From an uncultured Candidatus Micrarchaeota archaeon (GTDB lineage Archaea; Micrarchaeota; Micrarchaeia; Burarchaeales; Fermentimicrarchaeaceae): a stretch of 64,000 bases of DNA. The notes below the pieces were generated by a model, which saw only the letters and a list, made by a program, of their open reading frames with translations, was not told the origin of the DNA and did not search any database. This document shows positions 1 to 8,637 of the stretch, piece after piece; position 1 is the stretch's first letter; the number at the start of each line of letters is the position of its first letter. Made by a program: the position numbers and the translations under genes. The DNA lies in NCBI GenBank assembly GCA_963760615.1, contig CAVXDX010000003.1, positions 19,238 to 83,237 of the forward strand, read 5' to 3'.

Positions 1-218
1 CACGACGGAAGCATGCAGGAAGCGTTTTCACTTTGAAATTCCTCCGAGGTAAACGCTTATTTTTGCTGTTCTGCCGGAGTAGAGCCGCTCCGCGCGTCTG
101 AGAAGCCAGGTTATCCCGGCTCAGACCTGCTTTTTTCCTGCGTTTTCTGCCTTAATCTGCATTTTTTGCCGGTAACGCCGGAAGGAGAAGCGTTTACAGG
201 GTTTTCAAGAATGGTATA

Positions 219-376
219 TTATACCGAAATTTCCTTTCTAAATCTCTCTAAAAAGTTAGGCAGTTCTCTATAAAGCCAAGTGTTCAATTTTATGAATTCC
301 TTAGCCTCTACTTCAATGTACTCAACTATTTTTTCGTATTCCCCTTGCTTATACCAAGTCGGAACCTGTGCACCAC
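219..376 (-). pseudogene. possible frameshifted small ORF (no family recognised) downstream of a BRE/TATA-like 17-mer
   Basis: GTG GTG at 376/373 lies about 20-25 nt downstream of the TATA-like ATATTAAG (394-401, minus sense), but that frame stops after 16 codons. An adjacent frame is open to the TAA at 219-221 (..GEYEKIVEYIEVEAKEFIKLNTWLYRELPNFLERFRKEISV) and has no start codon. The two frames could be joined by a 1-nt change, for example in the C4/G4 run at 341-344. Confidence 0.2.
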
Positions 377-393
377 TAGTTGACTTTCTTGTT

Positions 394-410
394 ATATTAA
401 GATTGCTTTG
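394..410 (-). promoter_or_regulatory. BRE/TATA-like 17-mer, copy A (minus sense CAAAGCAATCTTAATAT)
   Basis: Identical 17-mer at 932-948 and a near-identical copy at 29747-29766. Each sits downstream of one minus-strand gene and upstream of the next coding start. Confidence 0.4.
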
Positions 411-412
411 AC

Positions 413-898
413 TTATTGTGGCTCTCCAACTACGTATTTGACAATAAACACAATTATCACAACAAAAATAAAGGCTATCACAAACCTTTCAAATTCGTAC
501 TGGATATACCATGAAATCAGACTCAGCAGATCTATTCCCAATACTTCTGTGTGTCCTGTTTCGTTTATGTAGTAATCGTCATCCTGCTTGACAACAGTCC
601 CGGTAACCCTGAGCTTTTCAGTCATAGGCGGCTTTGCTTCAAGATAGGCGACACTAAACCAGCTCAGCTGCTGCTCATCAAAAATGCACCCGCTGGTTTT
701 GGATAGCTGAACTGTGCCGTTTGCAGATACGTTATAACCGCCGCAGTCACCGTAGTAGCCTTCAACAGTCACATTCTTTCCCACATACCTCTCAGGGTGT
801 TGCGAAATATCCTGAATCGAATTGGTTGTCAGCGCGTGGTATGCGTATAATACAGCATAAACCAGGATAAGTATTACGATAAACTCCCACCATTTCAT
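413..898 (-). CDS. hypothetical membrane protein (hydrophobic N- and C-terminal helices around a soluble domain)
   Basis: 161-aa ORF. Hydrophobic segments are MKWWEFIVILILVYAVLYAY (N-terminal) and FVIAFIFVVIIVFIV (C-terminal). A BRE/TATA-like 17-mer lies upstream at 932-948. No family recognised. Confidence 0.5.
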   Translation of the reverse strand: MKWWEFIVILILVYAVLYAYHALTTNSIQDISQHPERYVGKNVTVEGYYGDCGGYNVSANGTVQLSKTSGCIFDEQQLSWFSVAYLEAKPPMTEKLRVTGTVVKQDDDYYINETGHTEVLGIDLLSLISWYIQYEFERFVIAFIFVVIIVFIVKYVVGEPQ

Positions 899-931
899 AA
901 GCCAACCCGATATAGGTTACTGCTCGGGAGA

Positions 932-948
932 ATATTAAGATTGCTTTG
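932..948 (-). promoter_or_regulatory. BRE/TATA-like 17-mer, copy B
   Basis: Lies 35-50 nt upstream of the ATG at 898. Confidence 0.45.
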
Positions 949-972
949 CTTTCATTACAATTTTCCTCTAAT

Positions 973-2433
973 CTACCATTTCCTCTTACGGGCAACATCT
1001 AGGTAGCGCCGTGCCATATCACTGTTTGGGTCAATACTAAGTGACTCCTCTAAGTCCGGAATTGCCTCGTCGTATTCTTCTTTAAGCACGTGGGAAGCGC
1101 CTCTACCCATGTATGCCAATGCATCCTTGGGATCCTGTTTAATTGCCCTGCTGAAGTGCTCAATAGCTTCATCATACTCCCCTCTGCTTAGGCAGGAAAT
1201 ACCCCTGTCAAACTCATCAGTGTCATCCAGACTCTTAAGTGCCCTGCCCGCATTATTTTCCTTATCACGAGTAATAGCAGCGATTTCTTTCCTGTATTTT
1301 TCTTCCAGGGTGGGATTCAGCTCAATCGCTTTATTGAGGTCCGCAATTGCCTTGTCGTAGTCATCTTCATAGTAGTAATTATGGCCCCGCAGGATATGCA
1401 CATCTGCCATATCGTTCCTGTCCATTAGATTCAGCTCAATTACCCTGCTGAAGTCATGGAGGGCCTGCTTATACTGCCTCTTCTCAGAATAGGCAATGCC
1501 CCTAAACAAATATGCCTCGAAACAATTCGGATTCAGCTTAATTACTTTGGTTAAGTTCTCAACTTCTTTATCGTAGTCTTTTTTATTATGATAAAGATGT
1601 CCGCGGTTGAAATACGCATCTGCATAATCCGGATTCAGCTCAATTGCTTTGGTGTAGTCCCAAAGAGCTTTGTCAAGTTCTCCTTTCTCATGATAACCAA
1701 TACCTCTGACATTATAAGCAACTGCGTCACTAACCTCCAGTTTAGAACTTGCGGTATAGAATGGGTACATTTTGCTAAGTTTTTTAAGAGGCCGATACTC
1801 TGCATCCTTACTATTCGTTTCAAAGAAGAAATCGTCAGTCTTGACAAATACGTGCCCAGGAACTACAACTATCTCAGCTGGAATGCCAAGTTCCTTCGCT
1901 ACATCAAAAAGAAGTGCAGAACCACGATTACCATTCCATAAACCCCTATTCAACGACTCATGGAGCAATCCACTTTTAGGTTCAAACTTTATGCCCCTGC
2001 CCTGCGCTGCTTTCCAGATTCCTTTTATAAACTTCTCCTGCAGCTTTATTTTTTCCTTGTCCGTAAATCCTGCATAAATGTCCTTCCCATTTTTGATATA
2101 GTAACCTGTAATCCCCTCCGCCCTCAGAATGCCTGCAATGGAATCAACCAACTCCAGATATTTTTTTACGTAACCCTCATGCTTAGTGGCTGGCTCAAAC
2201 TCCAGCTCTATTCTAAGTCTCCTCGCCCCGCAGTATTCCTCAGCCTTAAAACGCCTTTCAGCAGTAGAAGGTACCTCCCTTGCCTTGTTTTCTAGGTGCG
2301 GAGGATTTACCTCCTCTAAGGGTTTCTTCTCCTTGCCCTCTCTAATATGCAGTTTCTTAAACTCCTCCTGATGTGCTTCTTTGTCATCTCCTGGCTTCTC
2401 TACGGTAGCTCCACCCATAAGCTTAGCCTCCAA
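973..2433 (-). CDS. TPR-repeat protein with transglutaminase-like (SirB1/Transglut_core2-like) central region
   Basis: 486-aa ORF. The C-terminal half has many 34-aa TPR-like repeats (..AYxNRGxxYxxxxxYDKAIxDxxKAIELNP..). The segment GSALLFDVAKELGIPAEIVVVPGHVFV resembles a transglutaminase-like core with Ser in the Cys position. Confidence 0.6.
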   Translation of the reverse strand: MEAKLMGGATVEKPGDDKEAHQEEFKKLHIREGKEKKPLEEVNPPHLENKAREVPSTAERRFKAEEYCGARRLRIELEFEPATKHEGYVKKYLELVDSIAGILRAEGITGYYIKNGKDIYAGFTDKEKIKLQEKFIKGIWKAAQGRGIKFEPKSGLLHESLNRGLWNGNRGSALLFDVAKELGIPAEIVVVPGHVFVKTDDFFFETNSKDAEYRPLKKLSKMYPFYTASSKLEVSDAVAYNVRGIGYHEKGELDKALWDYTKAIELNPDYADAYFNRGHLYHNKKDYDKEVENLTKVIKLNPNCFEAYLFRGIAYSEKRQYKQALHDFSRVIELNLMDRNDMADVHILRGHNYYYEDDYDKAIADLNKAIELNPTLEEKYRKEIAAITRDKENNAGRALKSLDDTDEFDRGISCLSRGEYDEAIEHFSRAIKQDPKDALAYMGRGASHVLKEEYDEAIPDLEESLSIDPNSDMARRYLDVARKRKW

Positions 2434-2670
2434 GTTAATTGCTCATTTTTGCTATTTAAATGTTCTCAAGGAAGGATACTGTAACTTTAACTGGTGATGG
2501 CGGCTTTAGCAGAAAAGCCTATCCTAATTAACGCACCACGACCTCTAGGAAGAAAAGTAAATTAACCAGTTCATTCTATTACTAAGTATGTTCAAAAATG
2601 ACTTCAGAAAGGTATTTATTACTGAAAGTGCATAAATTTAACCTAATTATATATAATATGGTGCCGAAAA

Positions 2671-3183
2671 ATGACCCCGATACTCGCTGAACCTAAGCAG
2701 GAGAAATTGGACTCGCGCCAGCAATTTCTTGATTCATACGCATCTATAGTGAAAATCTACCAGGAGCTTGTCCCGCTTGAGAGCAGAGTGTCTAGTTATG
2801 AGGAAAAGCTTCAGAAGATAAAATCAAAACCTCACAAAACCCAGGAGGATATACTAGAAGTTCGTATCATACAAAGAGAAGTGGATAGAGCTTCTGAACT
2901 GCATGAAAAGCTTAATAGAATACCCGAGGAGATAAGGAAGCTGAGGGGAAAAGATACTGGCGCTGTTGAGCTCTCTGTGCTAGACGGCGAGATAAAACCG
3001 CTCATTGAGGCTGAAAAATTCAAGGCTGAGTTTCATATGGATAAAAGCCAGATGGAGGTTGAGCGCAGAGTAGCTGCCAATGCCATTGAGGCAGCCAAGC
3101 GCGCTGAGGGTAAAATAAATGAGCTTCGTGATGAGATAAACAAGTCGTCTGGAGTAGATGATCTCGTAAGGCACCTGAGCTGA
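2671..3183 (+). CDS. hypothetical coiled-coil protein
   Basis: 170-aa ORF rich in E/K/R heptad-like sequence. An AT-rich TATA-like sequence lies just upstream. No family recognised. Confidence 0.45.
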   Translation: MTPILAEPKQEKLDSRQQFLDSYASIVKIYQELVPLESRVSSYEEKLQKIKSKPHKTQEDILEVRIIQREVDRASELHEKLNRIPEEIRKLRGKDTGAVELSVLDGEIKPLIEAEKFKAEFHMDKSQMEVERRVAANAIEAAKRAEGKINELRDEINKSSGVDDLVRHLS

Positions 3184-3192
3184 TTGGTATTC

Positions 3193-4395
3193 TCATCCAT
3201 TCCCAACTGGCTCCACCCTCACAAACACAGGCTCCATCTCATTTGAAGCTAGGGCTATGCACTCAAACTGCTTCAGGTTTCTCAGTGCCCTCGCCACTGC
3301 AGCCCTTCTCCCGTAATCATCCCCTCCTGCGATGAGGTTTGTCATATACTCATGCTCCTCAGGCTCCCTCTGGTAAAAAGCAAAAGTCACTGCAGAATTT
3401 GCAACTATCGCCCTGTCAAGGCTCTTGGCCATCTGGTTGCTTGTTATTATCCCCAGCCCGTACTTCCTTCCCTCTGAGACGAGCCTGCCTGGTAGGGAGA
3501 GCTCACCAGGGCTGCTTATACACACCCTGTGCGCCTCATCTATCACTGCGAAAAGCCTCAGTCTGTCTGTAAGCTTCTGGCTCAGCATGTGGGTATATAG
3601 CTTCCTCAGGAATGTTTCAATGAAAACAGCCTGCGCCTCGCTGCTCCCCAGCTCCGCTATGCTGAAGTCATTCAGACCATCCAGAACTGTGCTGAAGGGA
3701 AGGGTGGTTTTTGCAGAGAACATGCCTCCCATCATGAGTGGGTACAACCTCTTGCTGAGGCCGGAGTAGCCCTGCCTATGCCCCCTTACCCCAAGTGATT
3801 CACTGATGCAGTCATACACATCCTGCATTGTGGGCGGCTCATTTCCCCAGCTCCCATGCTCTGACTGCACTATGCCTTTTCGCCCGTATGCCTTCTCCGC
3901 GCATGAGAGTAGGCTGTAAGCTTGTATGTCCCCCAGCTTCAGTATCCTCTTCAGCATTGTTACATTTTCAGAGATTCTCTCTGCCGGGCTAGCTCCGTCA
4001 AGCTCCCACATATTTATGCTCGACTCAATTGGGGAATGCACCTTCCCCCCGAGCTCCAATGTGAAATCCACATACTCGGAATGCACATCAAATATGCTCA
4101 CGGGAAGCCTGAGCTTCTCCCTTATACCCCTTACCAACTTCTTGCATAGAGTGGACTTCCCAAAACCGCTCATCCCAGATATGTTCACATGGCAGTTCGC
4201 CTCTGAATTGAAATCAATGGAAAACTTCCCGCGGGCATCCTTCCAAACCCATCTTGGAGCTGGTCTGACTCTCAATATAGGATGGTATTCTGCTATGTAG
4301 GATTTTTTCAGGAAGGCGAGCTCCCCGATTTTCTCACCAATTTCAACTCCTTCAGAATCAGATTCATTCAGAAAACCCAGAATATTCCCAAACAT
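3193..4395 (-). CDS. HerA/FtsK-superfamily P-loop ATPase (DUF87-like)
   Basis: Walker A is SGMSGFGKST and the HerA-style Walker B is FAVIDEAHRV, followed by RKYGLGIITSNQ. The ATG at 4395 is preceded by GGAGGTGGTGA. The ORF track starts at a GTG at 4404. Confidence 0.7.
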   Translation of the reverse strand: MFGNILGFLNESDSEGVEIGEKIGELAFLKKSYIAEYHPILRVRPAPRWVWKDARGKFSIDFNSEANCHVNISGMSGFGKSTLCKKLVRGIREKLRLPVSIFDVHSEYVDFTLELGGKVHSPIESSINMWELDGASPAERISENVTMLKRILKLGDIQAYSLLSCAEKAYGRKGIVQSEHGSWGNEPPTMQDVYDCISESLGVRGHRQGYSGLSKRLYPLMMGGMFSAKTTLPFSTVLDGLNDFSIAELGSSEAQAVFIETFLRKLYTHMLSQKLTDRLRLFAVIDEAHRVCISSPGELSLPGRLVSEGRKYGLGIITSNQMAKSLDRAIVANSAVTFAFYQREPEEHEYMTNLIAGGDDYGRRAAVARALRNLKQFECIALASNEMEPVFVRVEPVGNG

Positions 4396-4521
4396 TTTCA
4401 CCACCTCCAGCTTTGCTGGAAAAACTTAAAAAGAGAAAAACAAATAAAATTGGCGGAGTTCCAAGGCCTTACAAATCTCCGGATTTCGGAGCACCTTGTG
4501 TTCCCTCCGCCGTTCTGCTTC

Positions 4522-4746
4522 TTACTTCTCCCAAATTCTCCTTTTCTTTGTCTTCTTTACTATCTCTTCATCACTCACTTCGTATTCTTGCTCTTCCTCC
4601 CACAACTCATCATCCCAGTTGTCATCATACTGGTCGTCTGCTGCGGAATACTCCATCTCCTCTTCATCCTCTCCGAGCTGTGCATCCTTCATGTCCTGCC
4701 ACTGCTCCCACAGCTTCTCATCCTCTTCATCCATGCTTCTTTCCAT
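4522..4746 (-). CDS. small extremely acidic protein with Trp-in-acid motifs and a basic C-terminal tail
   Basis: 74-aa ORF (..DDNWDDELWEEEQEYEVSDEE..KKTKKRRIWEK). A strong SD-like AAGGTGGGAGG sits immediately upstream of the ATG. The opposite-strand ORFs are Ser/Leu/Pro low-complexity mirror images. Confidence 0.55.
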   Translation of the reverse strand: MERSMDEEDEKLWEQWQDMKDAQLGEDEEEMEYSAADDQYDDNWDDELWEEEQEYEVSDEEIVKKTKKRRIWEK

Positions 4747-4872
4747 CCTCCCACCTTTTTTCCTCTCAGCTGTTCATAGAACAGTCTGAAAATAGGGCGA
4801 CCCTCATCGCACACGCTCAGGCCTTCCCTGAGCATGACTTACGCTAGGGAATTTTAGCTCGCAAGAATCGGC

Positions 4873-5184
4873 TTAGTTAAACGCGAATTGCTCTCCCCAA
4901 GCGCCCATGCCCTTTCTCGCGGAGCGCTCGCTCAAAAGCAGGAAGCAGGACTCACAGTACTCATTTCCGTCCAAAAAGACCCTGCCTTCCCAGCTCTCAA
5001 GCTTCCTGAAGCATCCGGCGCATCTCCTGCCTGCTTCATTGTCGTAGTAGCACTCGCTGCATATTCTCATGCCGCTGAACCATGCAGTTTCATAGCCAGC
5101 TACATACCTTCCGCACCTGATGCAATGAAAGCCCTCAGCCTGCGCCATCAACTTCGCTCCGCATTCCGGTTTGTCATTACCCAT
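4873..5184 (-). CDS. double zinc-ribbon (LIM-like, 2 x Cys4) protein
   Basis: 103-aa ORF with paired CxxC motifs: C21xxC24..C42xxC45 and C55xxC58..C77xxC80. An SD-like GGGGGTGGG precedes the ATG. Confidence 0.6.
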   Translation of the reverse strand: MGNDKPECGAKLMAQAEGFHCIRCGRYVAGYETAWFSGMRICSECYYDNEAGRRCAGCFRKLESWEGRVFLDGNEYCESCFLLLSERSARKGMGAWGEQFAFN

Positions 5185-5533
5185 TTAACCCACCCCCGGC
5201 TATGCGGAAAAAATCCGCTGGAAAAAAATCAAATGGCGCTAAAACCTCGCAGAAAAAGATGCATAAAATATGACTCTTGGCATAGAATAAGACATACCAG
5301 CTACGCTATACGAAAATAGCTTCCAAACCCACCTTACGGCGGTTTCACCCACTCTGCGCTGCATTCATCCACGGGCAATGACTCCCGGAGATAAGCCCAG
5401 CGCGGGCTTAAGTCTGCCTTGCGACAGATTCGATTTATTCTAAGTGATAAGAACTAGCCAAAGGTGGTATATAAAACTAACGTCCTGAGAACAAGACTGT
5501 CAGAGAAAACGTATAAAAACAAAGAAACCTAGA

Positions 5534-5614
5534 CTACTCTTCCTCCTCATCTTCCTCGTCTAGGTCTTCTTCATCCCACTCCTCATCTTCATCATCCTCT
5601 TCATCCTCGTCCAA
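5534..5614 (-). CDS. candidate 26-aa poly-acidic micro-ORF (LDEDEEDDEDEEWDEEDLDEEDEEEE)
   Basis: TTG at 5614 (or in-frame GTG at 5623) is preceded by GGGGTGAT, with a TATA-like GGTATATAAAC about 40-50 nt upstream. The 80-nt purine-codon run is non-random. It is too short for the ORF track. Confidence 0.3.
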   Translation of the reverse strand: MDEDEEDDEDEEWDEEDLDEEDEEEE

Positions 5615-5690
5615 GCAAATCACCCCGTGGGCTGAAATATTGCTTGTTGATTACCTAATAAAGGTTTATATACCTTTCGCATATTCCTCT

Positions 5691-6224
5691 CTACGCTACT
5701 GCCTTCCTAAGCTCCCTACCCCAGCTCACCCAGCCTGCCCTTAACTTCTCACCCTTTCCATTCACAATTTTCATTATCTCCTCAACATTTTTCTTCACGC
5801 TCTTGCCTGTCTCAACTTCATAAACTTTCTTGTAATTATCCAAGCTCCTGATTGTGCAGTAATCGAGCAGCTCGCACAGCAGGTTTCCATTCAGCTTCTT
5901 CTCAGGGTAGCCCCTCTCTCTCAGTCTCTTCTCAAGAATCTCAGGCTTAGTCCTGCAGACTATGGCAACATCACATTTCAGCTTCATCTCGCACGCCAAG
6001 TGGCCATCCACAATGCAATCCTTTCTGCTTCTGAGAAGCCCGTTTGCCTCTTGCTCCAGCTTTTTAAGTTTGACAACCCTGCTCCCGAACTCATCAACCA
6101 CAGACCACAGTTTTTTCCTCTCAACAATTTCATTCAGGGATATCACTTCGAAGCCTTCCTTCCCCAGAGCATAGGCAATTGCCGTTTTCCCAGTGCCGGG
6201 CACACCGGTGAGGGCTATTTTCAT
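5691..6224 (-). CDS. Fap7/AK6-like nucleoside/adenylate kinase
   Basis: From the internal ATG at 6224 the protein starts MKIALTGVPGTGKT (P-loop at the N-terminus) and is ~177 aa, typical of the family. The longer ORF-track start at 6392 adds an implausible hydrophobic leader. Confidence 0.7.
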   Translation of the reverse strand: MKIALTGVPGTGKTAIAYALGKEGFEVISLNEIVERKKLWSVVDEFGSRVVKLKKLEQEANGLLRSRKDCIVDGHLACEMKLKCDVAIVCRTKPEILEKRLRERGYPEKKLNGNLLCELLDYCTIRSLDNYKKVYEVETGKSVKKNVEEIMKIVNGKGEKLRAGWVSWGRELRKAVA

Positions 6225-6317
6225 AAAGAGAATATGAAGAATGATAAATAAATACCTGTAGAGTGTGAAATAACTCACTTTTTTATATGAAGACTTCGCA
6301 ATGATATAGGTGGAAAA

Positions 6318-7730
6318 TTGTCCAATGGAGTAGTCAAGGAAGGGCAGCCGATGAGCGAGGCTGTTAAGCATCTGAGACTTGATACTGAGCATTCCAAGGG
6401 CGAAAGAAAAATCAACTTCTTATACGATGGCTGGAATGCCACAATAGGAACTGCATCCCATACACAACTTGGAAAAGTGGAGCGGGAGCACATCCAGATA
6501 CATGATAAAGATGGACTGGTTTCAGAAGTTCATGGACAAGTGTCATTTGAGAATGGAAGGATATACTATACGCATCTCACCGACAAGCCAACGTTTCTAG
6601 TTAACGCAGACGGAAAGCCTGCCCTCACCATAATGGAAAAAAATCAAAAAATCGCAATCGATCCATCTCAGACTCTCATCCTTCCGGATCACAGCAAGAT
6701 ATCATTCATGTTCGGAGTAGATGTAAGAGTAAGCGAGCCAGAGCAGGCTAAAGCACCAAAGACACGGCAAGTCACCTTGGAGGAAATGATAGAGACAGTT
6801 GAAAGTAGAAACGCAAGCGTGCTGAAGACATTCCTGAATAATATCTCTGAGATGCTAGAAAAGGAGAGAGAGGCAGGGAAACATGGAATGGGAATTGACT
6901 ACAATATGCATCAGATTAGAAGTGGAATGTGGGTTGAGGGTTCGCTCGTTCATGTGCAAAAGGGGAAAGGAGTGCTGTACATTGTTGGTGACCTGCACAG
7001 TAGCCCTGAGTGCCTAGAGCGCATCCTCAAGGAAACTGATTTTGTTAATAGGGCAAGTAAGGGGGAGAATGTCTATATGGTCTTCATGGGTGACTATGCC
7101 GATAGAAATGAGAAAGTGGGGGACGGGGATAAAGTTGCCCAGATGGTTGTGAGCTTGAAGTGGCGATTCCCTGACAAGGTTTCTGCTCTGGCAGGCAACC
7201 ATGAGCTTCAACAGCCAAGTACAAGACCGCATGAGTTTCCTTCAGAGCTTGAGAGCAAATATAGAGAAGAGGGGCCGGCGGTTTATCTGGCATATAGAAA
7301 ACTTTTCGAGAATATGCCGATTGCCGTGAAAACAGAGAATGGAGTTTTTATAACCCATGCAGGTGCAGCCAGCACTGTCAGGAGTCTGTCCGATGTAATA
7401 AACCCTAGCAGACAAACTAAGATACAGATGACCTGGAATGACCCAAATCAATATACCTCGGGCTATGCAATAAACAGCGCAAGAGGGTTTGAGGAGTTGG
7501 ATGAGGACAAGGCATTTGTTTTTGGCGAGGATGCTCTGAACTCTTTCCTAGGCGCTGTTGGCTCAAGAGTTATGGTGAGAGCCCACGAGCAGAGAGTCAG
7601 CCACGAACTCAACGGCAAATGCTTGACCTTAAACTCAACCAGTTACAAGAACAAAGAGAAGGCATATGCAGTTGTTGATTTATCAAAAGATGTCTATAAC
7701 ACGAATCAGATAGAAATACACCACTTCTAA
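6318..7730 (+). CDS. FHA-like domain fused to PPP-family Ser/Thr (metallo)phosphatase
   Basis: The C-terminal half carries the PPP motifs GDLHS, GDYADRN and GNHE in canonical order. The N-terminal ~130 aa has an FHA-like pattern (IGT..H..L..V...HIQI.D..GLVSEVHGQVSFENGRIYY..L). Confidence 0.7.
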   Translation: MSNGVVKEGQPMSEAVKHLRLDTEHSKGERKINFLYDGWNATIGTASHTQLGKVEREHIQIHDKDGLVSEVHGQVSFENGRIYYTHLTDKPTFLVNADGKPALTIMEKNQKIAIDPSQTLILPDHSKISFMFGVDVRVSEPEQAKAPKTRQVTLEEMIETVESRNASVLKTFLNNISEMLEKEREAGKHGMGIDYNMHQIRSGMWVEGSLVHVQKGKGVLYIVGDLHSSPECLERILKETDFVNRASKGENVYMVFMGDYADRNEKVGDGDKVAQMVVSLKWRFPDKVSALAGNHELQQPSTRPHEFPSELESKYREEGPAVYLAYRKLFENMPIAVKTENGVFITHAGAASTVRSLSDVINPSRQTKIQMTWNDPNQYTSGYAINSARGFEELDEDKAFVFGEDALNSFLGAVGSRVMVRAHEQRVSHELNGKCLTLNSTSYKNKEKAYAVVDLSKDVYNTNQIEIHHF

Positions 7731-7775
7731 TCTACGCAATTAATTTATAACTTGTGAAATTATATAGGTGTCTTT

Positions 7776-8606
7776 ATGCGCTATCCCGCAGTTGCAGGTG
7801 CATTCTACCATTCTGGAGCCGAGCAGCTAAAGAAGGATGTCGAGGAGTGCTTCAGGAAAGGGGCCGGCATGCCCAAACCCGGAGCTGGAAAGAAGCTTCT
7901 TGCAGTAGTTTCCCCCCACGCCGGGTATGTCTACTCCGGCTGGGTTGCTTCTTTTGCTTACAGTGAGATATTCCAAAATTATTCACAGCCCCCAACTTTT
8001 GTGATATTGGGACCAAACCACACGGGAAGAGGGAGCGGAGTTGCCCTCTCACAGGAGGACTGGGAAACGCCACTGGGTCTTGTCAGCAATGATGAAGAGC
8101 TGGGGAAGCTCATTCAGAAGAATTCAAAAATAGTTGATTTTGATGAGGAGGCGCATGCGAGGGAGCATTCAGTTGAAGTACAGCTGCCGTTCCTGCAGTT
8201 TCTCTACAATGATCTCAAATTCGTACCAATATGCATCGGGCTAGGGGATTATGAAACCGCAGAGGATATTGCGAATGCGGTTTTCAAAGCATCGAAAGAA
8301 GTTAAGAGAGATATTCTTGTAATAGCCAGCTCTGACTTCACCCATTTTGAGGATGCACAGAGCGCAAAGAGGAAGGATGAATCTGCACTGAAACATGTTG
8401 AGAAACTGGATGCTAAAGGTTTTTTCAATGAGGTGACATCCAATGATATCTCAATATGCGGCTATATGCCGATAACGGTTGCAATCCTCTATTCAAGGCT
8501 GAGGGGAGGGAAGGAGGCGAAGATTCTGAAGTATGCTAATTCCGGTGATGTCACAAGGGACTACCACGAGGTCGTTGCCTATTGCTCAATTGCATTTTCC
8601 AAGTAG
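7776..8606 (+). CDS. MEMO1-family protein (AmmeMemoRadiSam system protein B-like)
   Basis: N-terminus MRYPAVAGAFY, SPHAGYVYSG and later His/Asp motifs typical of the MEMO/dioxygenase-B fold. 276 aa. Confidence 0.8.
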   Translation: MRYPAVAGAFYHSGAEQLKKDVEECFRKGAGMPKPGAGKKLLAVVSPHAGYVYSGWVASFAYSEIFQNYSQPPTFVILGPNHTGRGSGVALSQEDWETPLGLVSNDEELGKLIQKNSKIVDFDEEAHAREHSVEVQLPFLQFLYNDLKFVPICIGLGDYETAEDIANAVFKASKEVKRDILVIASSDFTHFEDAQSAKRKDESALKHVEKLDAKGFFNEVTSNDISICGYMPITVAILYSRLRGGKEAKILKYANSGDVTRDYHEVVAYCSIAFSK

Positions 8607-8637
8607 CTATAAAAAGAGGAAAGTCCAAAACTAATTC

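Noticed and set aside
1-140. A cluster of hairpins at the left edge (8-bp stem 20-27/51-58, stem 96-102/120-126 with an inner stem, and a 5-bp stem around 75-92) that first looked like a structured ncRNA.
   Set aside because: On the plus strand each major hairpin is followed by a T-run (ATTTTTG, CTGCTTTTTTCC). The simpler reading is tandem terminators of a plus-strand gene lying left of the window. I recognised no conserved ncRNA motifs (SRP, RNase P).
4282-4847. Plus-strand ORFs 4282..4779, 4413..4847 and 4496..4789, which overlap each other.
   Set aside because: They are mirror-image frames of the acidic gene on the minus strand (runs of Ser/Leu/Phe/His/Pro). The minus-strand ORF has a strong SD and a coherent composition.
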